From: an uncultured Bacteroidota bacterium
Lineage (GTDB): Bacteria > Bacteroidota > Bacteroidia > Bacteroidales > WCHB1-69
NCBI GenBank assembly: GCA_902774175.1
Contig: CACYHG010000004.1
Coordinates: forward strand, 6,673-70,672
Length of the DNA stretch: 64,000 nucleotides
Reading direction: 5' to 3'
Shown one piece after another: positions 25,754-32,728 of the stretch. How positions within the stretch are numbered: position 1 is the first letter of the stretch; every line of letters begins with the position of its first letter. The position numbers and the translations under genes are program-made. Under the pieces are notes generated by a model. The model was not told where the DNA came from. It saw nothing but the letters and a program-made list of their open reading frames with translations, and ran no database searches.

Positions 25754-28522
25754 CTACTGCCATTTCGAAAGCCGTTTTGATTTTTCGCGCTTCCATGCTG
25801 AAAAGGCATCCTTGCGGGCTTTCAGCAGCATTTTCCGTCCATCAAGGTTCCGGGTATAGACAACTTCGCATTCGCCAATATACTTCTCCCACAACTTTTT
25901 GAACATATCCACACTTTTCCTCCTCGCCGACAATACTGCGGGAACAGAGAAATAGTCGGTCTGCTTTGTTTTCCCCAAGGATTTGTTGTGTTTGACAAGA
26001 AGATAGCGCGGATTGCCAACTGGATCCAGCAATTCCTGCAAAGATTGTATGAACATGTTGTTCTCTTCAGTAGGAAGATTACAGCAGCTTACGAAGAACA
26101 TGCCGTTGTCTTCAGTAACGTGCAATCCTACATTTTTGACGGACGACTTGATGATTCCCTGGGACGACATCGTTTCCAGAAGCGCAATGGCGATTTGCTT
26201 CAAAACGCCCTCCACTGTTCCGGTCCTGAGATATTTTACGCCGATAACGCCAAAGAATATTGCCGATACCAACAGCATGAGGATGGTGGAAAAAACAGGA
26301 GGGAAAGTTTGCATAAGTAAATAGTAGGCGAAGAAAGCGGCTGTCAAAAATGTGATTATGATGTACTTGTAACCTGTATATAGCAATGTTTTTGTGGTCA
26401 TTTTAGGCACTTTGACACCCGTTGACAATCTTGTGTTCTTGTGGTTGTATCCAAGGTACAGTGCCTCCTTCCACCATTGCCGTATCTGCTCCCTGTCGGA
26501 GGCAAGCATTGCGGTGATGTTTTTAATCCTTGTCAGTTTCTCCTTCAGTCTGGCCGCTTCCGGCAGAGGCATTGCGTTGGGAGAGCCCATGATTCTCTCT
26601 ATGCCCGACTCGATTTCATGTTTGCCATAATAGGAGGGAGCCTCGAATCCTTTGAATCTGGTTTCCAGCTGGTCAAGGTCGTATGTGTATAAACGGAGAT
26701 TTTCAATGTCAATGTCAGAAACAATCCCAAATATCGGATAATCATTCTTGTCAGGAACGTCAACGGTGGCAAGGTGCCAGATATTCGACACTTTGTCGGG
26801 ATTGTTCTTGTCGATACGGATAGCACGTCCCCGCATCTGATTGGAAAGCATGTAGGAAGTCACCGTACTGGATAGTATCAGCGAATTGATGGCAGGAGCA
26901 TCCCAGCCTTCTCCGAGCAACGCCTGCGTGCCGATCAGCACTGTCAGGTCGCCGGCACAGAACATTTCTGTGATAATTCTCACGATATCATTCCTGAGAT
27001 TATCCTTGGGTGTGATTCGGATGTGATTCCTATCCTCACCAAAACGGCCAATTTTTACGGAATCCGTGCCAATATTGTTGTCTGATAACAACCTGTACAG
27101 TTTGCCGATGGTGCTTTCCGGAAGCAGTATAAGGGAACCGCACAACAAACCGACAGACACATTCCCTTCCACACTCTCTTTCAGTTTTCTCCAAATCGGC
27201 ACTACGCCTATACTTTGGCAGGCAGTATCGTCCATTCTGATGTAGTCGGCCAGAATGACCATGCGCAACCGCTCTTTCAATTGCGATGATTCCTGTTTTA
27301 CAATCTGGACAATTGAATCAAGTTTGCCGAGACTCCCGGCAATCATTCTGCGGATTTTGACACTTTCGTCCAAAACAATCTTTTTGTTGGCGACAAGCCC
27401 CAACCTTTTGGCAAGCTCGAAATACTCGTGTTTCTTCTGCTCAAGAGGTTTGAAATAATCGGCCTCGCTTTCCAGAAAACCTTTGATGAACACCGAGGCC
27501 CTTTTAAGGTCAAATCCCGGCAGATCCGACTGTCCGGCATCGAATAGTTCCAGAAACCTCCGTGAAATCTGATACCCTTTGGATTTCAGCAGGGACGCAA
27601 TGGAAACATAAAACTCGGGTTGTTCAAAAATCGTTTCCACATCGGTGTCATCCGCCTCAAAGAATTTCATTTTTGACAGGCATTCCAACAGCTCCGAATC
27701 ATTCCGCAGCATCTCCACAAAGTCCCTTACGTGCCGGTTATGCTTGCCTATAAGTTCCTTTTCGTTCTGCTTCAAGAACGAGATGAAGATATAGTCCTGA
27801 TGAGGACACAAATCCCCGTTCTTTACCAGTTCGGGTATGGAAATCACTTCGTCTATTTCGCCGCAGAGTTCCTGATACCTTTTCCATTCGCCATAATCCG
27901 CATCGTATGGAGGCGTGGCCGTCAGAGCTAATGTCTGTTCAGGCTTAAGCTGTTCGTTTAAATATGTCAGCGCTTTCCACCATTCTTTGCGCAGATGGTG
28001 GGCCTCGTCAAAACAGAGCAGCGAGACATTGGCGGCTTTCAGGATTCCAATGATTTCATCGGCCTTTTCCTGTTTGAATCTTACGGAAGAGGTTATGGAA
28101 TCGCTATCGGTGTCGTCCGGTTCAATTTCCCCATTTTCCTCCGAAACGGGAGACTCTTCCTCCTCGACACGCCCGCAGAAAGCGGCCAAAAGTGCCTGAT
28201 AGGTTGTCACGGTCACGTATCCCGGCTTCCTTATAATGGTGGAAACAATGCCATAGTCCTTTTCCTGAAGGAATGAGGAACAGATGCGCTCCCTCCATTG
28301 GTTTTTTATCGTGTTCGTTGGACAGAGTATCAGTGTTGGACGCTGAAGTCTGGCTATCACCTCAATGCCGAGTGTCGTCTTTCCAGCACCCGGGGCGGCA
28401 ACAATATGAAGCTTCTTGTCCCGCAGATGGAAATCAAGGTTGTTTAGAATCCGCTGCTGGTAGCTTCTCCAAGTTCCGTTAAAATTTAGAATCCGCTCCT
28501 GTGACATTGTCTCCAAACACAT
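25754..28522 (-). CDS. SF2 (ResIII/DEAD-DEAH-like) helicase with two predicted TM helices and an uncharacterised C-terminal domain
   Basis: Walker A is IVAAPGAGKTTLG, motif II is LLCFDEAHHL, motif III is LALTATP, and the helicase-C segments are LIGTQALLGEGWDAPAINSLIL...MRGRAIR. The hydrophobic segments are YKYIIITFLTAAFFAYYLLM and VFSTILMLLVSAIFFGVIGV. The start was chosen at ATG 28522 because a -7 box lies at 28559-28566; ATG 28507 is also possible. Confidence 0.8.
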   Translation of the reverse strand: MCLETMSQERILNFNGTWRSYQQRILNNLDFHLRDKKLHIVAAPGAGKTTLGIEVIARLQRPTLILCPTNTIKNQWRERICSSFLQEKDYGIVSTIIRKPGYVTVTTYQALLAAFCGRVEEEESPVSEENGEIEPDDTDSDSITSSVRFKQEKADEIIGILKAANVSLLCFDEAHHLRKEWWKALTYLNEQLKPEQTLALTATPPYDADYGEWKRYQELCGEIDEVISIPELVKNGDLCPHQDYIFISFLKQNEKELIGKHNRHVRDFVEMLRNDSELLECLSKMKFFEADDTDVETIFEQPEFYVSIASLLKSKGYQISRRFLELFDAGQSDLPGFDLKRASVFIKGFLESEADYFKPLEQKKHEYFELAKRLGLVANKKIVLDESVKIRRMIAGSLGKLDSIVQIVKQESSQLKERLRMVILADYIRMDDTACQSIGVVPIWRKLKESVEGNVSVGLLCGSLILLPESTIGKLYRLLSDNNIGTDSVKIGRFGEDRNHIRITPKDNLRNDIVRIITEMFCAGDLTVLIGTQALLGEGWDAPAINSLILSSTVTSYMLSNQMRGRAIRIDKNNPDKVSNIWHLATVDVPDKNDYPIFGIVSDIDIENLRLYTYDLDQLETRFKGFEAPSYYGKHEIESGIERIMGSPNAMPLPEAARLKEKLTRIKNITAMLASDREQIRQWWKEALYLGYNHKNTRLSTGVKVPKMTTKTLLYTGYKYIIITFLTAAFFAYYLLMQTFPPVFSTILMLLVSAIFFGVIGVKYLRTGTVEGVLKQIAIALLETMSSQGIIKSSVKNVGLHVTEDNGMFFVSCCNLPTEENNMFIQSLQELLDPVGNPRYLLVKHNKSLGKTKQTDYFSVPAVLSARRKSVDMFKKLWEKYIGECEVVYTRNLDGRKMLLKARKDAFSAWKREKSKRLSKWQ

Positions 28523-28558
28523 ATAACCAGTCTCTTCATATAATTCTGAAATATTTTG

Positions 28559-28566
28559 CAAATTTA
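28559..28566 (-). promoter_or_regulatory. Candidate -7 box TAAATTTG for the helicase gene
   Basis: The reverse complement of caaattta matches TAnnTTTG. It overlaps the TTG start given by the track, which argues for a downstream ATG start. Confidence 0.45.
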
Positions 28567-28606
28567 CTCAAAATCCGGACACGGATTCCATGCCTGATGA
28601 AAAAAA

Positions 28607-28733
28607 CAAACTCAGGTGCGGAAACACGATTTTTTTTTCACTTTCCGCAGTCGAGTTTGCCAATTTGCGGCAAAAACATGCAACTCAGGTGCGGAAACCG
28701 ATGTTTTTACCCCTGTTTCCGCAGTTGAGTTTG
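28607..28733. repeat. Two tandem hairpin-forming units of about 53 nt (period 73 bp)
   Basis: The units lie at 28607-28659 and 28680-28733. Each has a left arm aactcaggtgcggaaac and a right arm (c/g)tttccgcagt(c/t)gagtttg. These pair 6+8 bp around a 3-nt internal mismatch, with T-rich loops. Confidence 0.8.
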
Positions 28734-28759
28734 ACTCCGTTAGTCACAAACTTTTTTTC

Positions 28760-28818
28760 ATTATACAAATCTGCGTAACGCAATTTTGTATAAAAATATT
28801 TCCCCGTCGTGCGACAGC
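28760..28818. repeat. 59-bp direct repeat, copy 1, containing a 33-bp hyphenated palindrome
   Basis: It is 57/59 identical to 30396-30454. The palindrome is ttatacaaa-tc-tgcg-taa-cgca-at-tttgtataa at 28761-28793. Confidence 0.9.
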
Positions 28819-29061
28819 GGCGGCGCAGTAAAGAAAGTGGTTGTGAAGTAAGTTACGGATTAGAATTTTATACATGGCAGCAACTATAACAAGAATGGTC
28901 AACCTTGTTTATAATATGTGCCGTTACGAGCAGATTATGCGGCTGGGGTTGCTGCAGCCGGAAAAAATATGAAAAAACCCATTCGTAACGCATTGATATA
29001 TATATATGAAGTAATTGATATTAAAAGCGGAAAAATGACGTAATTATATCGTATAAATGAT

Positions 29062-29069
29062 TACTTTTG
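29062..29069 (+). promoter_or_regulatory. Candidate -7 box TACTTTTG for the FGE-type lipoprotein gene
   Basis: It matches TAnnTTTG and lies 27 nt upstream of ATG 29096. Confidence 0.5.
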
Positions 29070-29095
29070 CAAATCTAATTTAAAATTATAATACG

Positions 29096-29905
29096 ATGAT
29101 AAACAGATTTAACATTTTACCATTATTGTTTGTTGCCCTGATGCTGATCAGTGGCTGCGAAAAAGACCCTGTAAAACCAGAGGATCCGCAACAGACGGAC
29201 AAATCTTCCATAGATTTCAATGTGAACGGTGTGAACTTCACCATGATTTTGGTGGAACACGGTTCTTTCGTAAAAGGGGAGATGACACAATACCTTTATC
29301 ATACCCCTGTCATACTGACCAAGGATTATTACATTGGCGAATATGAGGTCACGCAGGAGTTGTGGGAGGCTGTGATGGGTGCGGAATCCAACCCAAGTGT
29401 ATTCAAGGGCGGCAACCTGCCAGTCAACAACATTTCCTGGAACGACTGCAATGCATTTATCAACAAGCTGAACGAAATCACAGGCAAAAGTTTCCGCCTG
29501 CCCACCGAGTGTGAATGGGAATTTGCCGCAAGGGGCGGGAACAATTTGGAACCCTACACCTTCAGCGGAAGCAACGATGTGGACGAAGTGGCTTGGTACA
29601 AGGATAATTCCGACAACCAGGTACATGCAGTGGGCGGGAAAAAGGCGAATGCCCTCAAACTTTACGACATGACCGGCAATGCGATAGAATGGGTGCAAGA
29701 TCCTATGATTGAGGGGTATTATAAAACAGATACCCTTGTTGACCCCAATCCGACAGCCGACAATCCGCAATTTCGTGTACTGAAAGGAGGATGTTATTAC
29801 TTAGAACATGGCAAATATGAGTATTTGTCAGTAAGTGCCCATTTTGCGGAAGTCCCAACCACAAGGGACAATCCTTTGGGGTTCCGCCTCGCACTGACAA
29901 AGTAA
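29096..29905 (+). CDS. Formylglycine-generating-enzyme (SUMF1/FGE-sulfatase) domain lipoprotein
   Basis: The lipobox is LLFVALMLISGC. The segments YYIGEYEVTQELWEAVMG, NNISWNDCNAFINKLN, FRLPTECEWEFAARGG and VLKGGCY are typical of FGE-sulfatase domains. Confidence 0.85.
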   Translation: MINRFNILPLLFVALMLISGCEKDPVKPEDPQQTDKSSIDFNVNGVNFTMILVEHGSFVKGEMTQYLYHTPVILTKDYYIGEYEVTQELWEAVMGAESNPSVFKGGNLPVNNISWNDCNAFINKLNEITGKSFRLPTECEWEFAARGGNNLEPYTFSGSNDVDEVAWYKDNSDNQVHAVGGKKANALKLYDMTGNAIEWVQDPMIEGYYKTDTLVDPNPTADNPQFRVLKGGCYYLEHGKYEYLSVSAHFAEVPTTRDNPLGFRLALTK

Positions 29906-29927
29906 GGTGTTAATCTGCATATCACAG

Positions 29928-29965
29928 ATGTGAAAAAAAGGGGCTTTTTAAGCCCCTTTTCACAT
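29928..29965. terminator. Bidirectional intrinsic terminator hairpin between convergent genes
   Basis: The sequence is atgtgaaaaaaaggggctttttaagccccttttcacat. It has a GC core (ggggc/gcccc) with A/T-rich extensions on both sides. Confidence 0.8.
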
Positions 29966-29989
29966 GTTCTATATCAGGCAATTTCATCA

Positions 29990-30395
29990 CTACTTTTGAT
30001 TCAGCCAATAATACAGGAAATAGTCGTAGATGTAATACTGCCCGTTACTGTTTGTGACAATGTCCTTTTCCTGCAGGGCGGCCAGACTTCTCTGAACCGC
30101 GCTGGCTGAGGTGAGATGATGTTTCCGGATGAAATCCCCGCTGGTCGGCTGCACGTCTCGTCCCGAACGTGCCAGAGCCATAAGCAATGTTTTTTGTCTG
30201 GCGGAAAGCCTTGTCATCAGGTCCTGATAGGTATCCTCCTTCTCTTCCAGCACATTGCAGATGGCGGCATCCACTTCGCCGATTCCGCAAGGAACCCCCT
30301 GTTCTGCCATTGCAAACAGCTCGTTACATATTTTTTGGATATACCATGTGACTCCTTCAAATTTCTCATAGACATATTGTATGGCCTCCGGATTA
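29990..30395 (-). pseudogene. 3' fragment of an AAA ATPase gene (archaeal-ATPase/DUF234-like, C-terminal wHTH), 5'-truncated
   Basis: Beyond the track ORF (29990-30310), the same frame reads INPEAIQYVYEKFEGVTWYIQKICNELFAMAEQG... up to nt 30395. No Walker A/B region is present. The frame ends exactly at copy 2 of the 59-bp repeat. Confidence 0.65.
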
Positions 30396-30454
30396 ATTAT
30401 ACAAATCTGCGTAACGCAATTTTGTATAAAAATATTTTCCCATCGTGCGACAGC
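30396..30454. repeat. 59-bp direct repeat, copy 2 (same orientation as copy 1)
   Basis: It is 57/59 identical to 28760-28818. The palindrome lies at 30397-30429. Confidence 0.9.
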
Positions 30455-30528
30455 AGTTGGGTTTTATAACTACGCTACCAGTTAATACACTACAAGTCAA
30501 ACTTGTAGAATTCCAAACATCGGAAAAA

Positions 30529-30609
30529 TTTACACTTTTCCAACGAAATTTTTGCATTTTTTTACACTTTTCCAACATAAATTCATACGGAAATTTACAC
30601 TTTTCCAAC
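30529..30609. repeat. Three iteron-like 16-bp direct repeats (tttacacttttccaac) spaced 32-33 bp apart
   Basis: Exact copies lie at 30529-30544, 30561-30576 and 30594-30609. Copies 1 and 3 share a cggaaa(aa) prefix. Confidence 0.85.
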
Positions 30610-30693
30610 ATTCGTGGCACGGTGAGAAAAATGTCATTCTGACTCGTGCAAAAGTTGCGTTTGCTTATTGAATTTAGGCAATAGTTTTCCAGT

Positions 30694-31236
30694 TCAAATT
30701 GCACGGATGTATTCCACCCTGTTGCCCACACCTGCCAGAAACTGCTGGAACGCGGCCTGGCTGATGACCACCGTCCCTCGGCAGTCGTTCGGGTGGAAGC
30801 TCAGCGAGGCGGCCTCCTTCAGTCGGCTGTCCAAAAAGAGGATCACATGATGCTCCGTGTCGTTGATCAGCCCGAACGGGCTCACACTTCCCGGTTCCAG
30901 CCCCAGATATCGCATCATCCGCTCCGGCGAGGCGAATGAGAGCTTGCCGGGAGCCTTCATGCCCTGCGACACAAGCACCTCCTTAAGCCAATGCTCAATG
31001 TCATGGATGGCCAGGTCGTCGTCGCACGGGAAACAGATGAGGTAGTGCTGGTCGCCCTTATGGTTGCGCATGAAGATGTTCTTGCAGTGCAGGCTTCCGT
31101 CGTCGCGCCACCAGCGTTTCGCCTCCTCAATGGTCTTGCCTTCAGGATGGTTGTAGGTTGTGAACGGGATGCCGCGCCCTTCAAGGTAGCGCAGCACCTT
31201 CTCCTGCCGTTCCGATATGATTTCGTAGTTGTCCAT
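30694..31236 (-). CDS. YbaK/ProX-type prolyl-tRNA-synthetase-associated (aminoacyl-tRNA deacylase) domain protein
   Basis: HCKNIFMRNHKGDQHYLI..., LGLEPGSVSPFGL and LSFHPNDCRGTVVIS resemble the PrdX/YbaK family. Confidence 0.75.
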   Translation of the reverse strand: MDNYEIISERQEKVLRYLEGRGIPFTTYNHPEGKTIEEAKRWWRDDGSLHCKNIFMRNHKGDQHYLICFPCDDDLAIHDIEHWLKEVLVSQGMKAPGKLSFASPERMMRYLGLEPGSVSPFGLINDTEHHVILFLDSRLKEAASLSFHPNDCRGTVVISQAAFQQFLAGVGNRVEYIRAI

Positions 31237-31316
31237 GGTAGGATTTCTGTTTGAAAAAGATAACGCACCCGCTCCGGAAATATTGCCCGGAAACCGGAAT
31301 GAAACAGTTTTTTTTA

Positions 31317-31324
31317 TACTTTTG
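31317..31324 (+). promoter_or_regulatory. Candidate -7 box TACTTTTG for tcdA
   Basis: It matches TAnnTTTG and lies 53 nt upstream of ATG 31377. Confidence 0.45.
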
Positions 31325-31376
31325 CACCGAAAGAACCGGAAAGGGCTTTTTTGAAAAAATATTTTATTAAATAATT

Positions 31377-32195
31377 ATGAATCAGGCTATATTCAGACGG
31401 ACAGAGCTTCTGTTGGGGGAGAATACGATGGAACGTGTTGCCCGGCAGAGGGTGATTATATTCGGTGTCGGGGGTGTTGGCTCGTGGTGCGCTGAAAGTC
31501 TGGTGCGCAGCGGCATCAATCATCTGACAATCGTGGATAGCGACCGCGTCTGCATCACCAACGTCAACCGCCAGCTGATGGCGACAGCCGGAACTGTCGG
31601 GGAGGTGAAGGTTGAGGCGCTCAAGGAGCGGCTGCTCAGCATCAACCCCATGGCGGAGATAACTGCACTGCAGAAGATTTTCACCCAGGAGACGGCAGAT
31701 GAGTTCGGACTCGAAAACTACGACTATATCATTGACGCCATTGACTCGCTGAAGGACAAGGCATTGCTTATCCTGATGGCCTGCCGCACCAAAGCGCGGT
31801 TTTTCTCATCGATGGGCGCTGCGCTGAAGATGGACCCCACCCGCATCAAGGTGACGGAATTCTGGAAGGTGCAGGGCGACCCTTTGGCCCGTGCTCTGAG
31901 GAACAAGTTCAAGTCGCTGGAGCAGTTTCCGAAACGCAAGTTCCAGTGTGTCTATAGTGACGAGCAGCTTGCCAACCGCGGGCACAACGCCACATGCGGC
32001 ACGGAACACTGCATGTGCCCCAAAGCGATGACGGGGCCGGGCGACCCCACTCTGCTGAACCATGAATGGTGCTCGGCGAAAGCCAGGATCAACGGCACGG
32101 TAGCGCACATAACCGCCATTTTCGGCTTCATGCTGGCAGGCCTGGTGCTGGAGGATATTGACAAGAGATGTAGTCAGGTCGGAGGGGAAGGTTAG
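31377..32195 (+). CDS. tcdA: tRNA threonylcarbamoyladenosine dehydratase (ThiF/E1-like, TcdA/CsdL)
   Basis: The Rossmann motif is VIIFGVGGVGSWCAESLVRSGI. NVNRQL is also present and the protein is about 270 aa. Confidence 0.8.
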   Translation: MNQAIFRRTELLLGENTMERVARQRVIIFGVGGVGSWCAESLVRSGINHLTIVDSDRVCITNVNRQLMATAGTVGEVKVEALKERLLSINPMAEITALQKIFTQETADEFGLENYDYIIDAIDSLKDKALLILMACRTKARFFSSMGAALKMDPTRIKVTEFWKVQGDPLARALRNKFKSLEQFPKRKFQCVYSDEQLANRGHNATCGTEHCMCPKAMTGPGDPTLLNHEWCSAKARINGTVAHITAIFGFMLAGLVLEDIDKRCSQVGGEG

Positions 32196-32728
32196 ATCGC
32201 GCCCTCCAGACGGAGCAGCGCGGCCTTGTTGCGTAATCCGCCGCCATAGCCGGTGAGGCTGCCGTTCGCGCCCATCACACGGTGGCAGGGCACAATCAGG
32301 CAGATGGGGTTCCAGCCCACCGCGCCGCCCACGGCCTGCGCCGAACGGATTCCCAAATGTCCGGCGATTTCCCCGTATGTCATGATGCGCCCCCACGGGA
32401 TGGTGCAGACCATCTCCAGCACCCTTTTGCGGAACAGGGTCAGGTTGTCCATTTGAAAAACAGGGGTGAAATCGGGTTGGCGGCCTGAAAAATAGATGTC
32501 CAGCCAACGGCAGGTTTCGCGGATGACGGGTGACGGTGGTTCCGGTGATGATGGTATTTGCGATGATTGTTGTTGTGATGATGATTTTTGCGACGATTGT
32601 GGTAGAGACGCACGGCCGTGCGTCTCTACAAAACCGACAAACCGCAATCCCGTCAACACCCCGCCATCGGCGGTTAGGATAATGTCGTCGAACCCGTCAG
32701 GGGTGTGATAAATGGTTTCGCAGGTCAT
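32192..32728 (-). CDS. ogt: Methylated-DNA--protein-cysteine methyltransferase (Ogt/MGMT) with a low-complexity insertion
   Basis: The active site is LIVPCHRV. Also present are TYGEIAGHLG and GGGLRNKAALLRLEG. The insertion VETHGRASLPQSSQKSSSQQQSSQIPSSPEPPSP lies between the N- and C-domains. The ATG overlaps the GH89 stop (ATGA). Confidence 0.85.
   Translation of the reverse strand: MTCETIYHTPDGFDDIILTADGGVLTGLRFVGFVETHGRASLPQSSQKSSSQQQSSQIPSSPEPPSPVIRETCRWLDIYFSGRQPDFTPVFQMDNLTLFRKRVLEMVCTIPWGRIMTYGEIAGHLGIRSAQAVGGAVGWNPICLIVPCHRVMGANGSLTGYGGGLRNKAALLRLEGAI
32602..32629. repeat. Perfect 28-bp palindrome gtagagacgcacggccgtgcgtctctac, located inside the ogt coding sequence
   Basis: It is self-complementary over all 14 pairs. 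It shares its 9-bp outer arms (gtagagacg/cgtctctac) with the element at 50572-50599. Confidence 0.9.

Noticed and set aside
30529-30609. Possible mini-CRISPR array (3 repeats with about 16-17-bp spacers); the same possibility was considered for the 23-bp tandem repeat at 4474-4585
   Set aside because: The repeats are too short (16 bp), there are only three copies, the spacers are AT-rich and similar to each other, and no cas genes are present. The 23-bp array has no spacers at all.
30393-30731. Minus-strand 112-aa ORF spanning the 59-bp repeat and the iterons
   Set aside because: Its sequence is dictated by the DNA repeats (it encodes MLEKCK...MLEKCK). It also overlaps the 3' end of the YbaK-like gene and has no start context.
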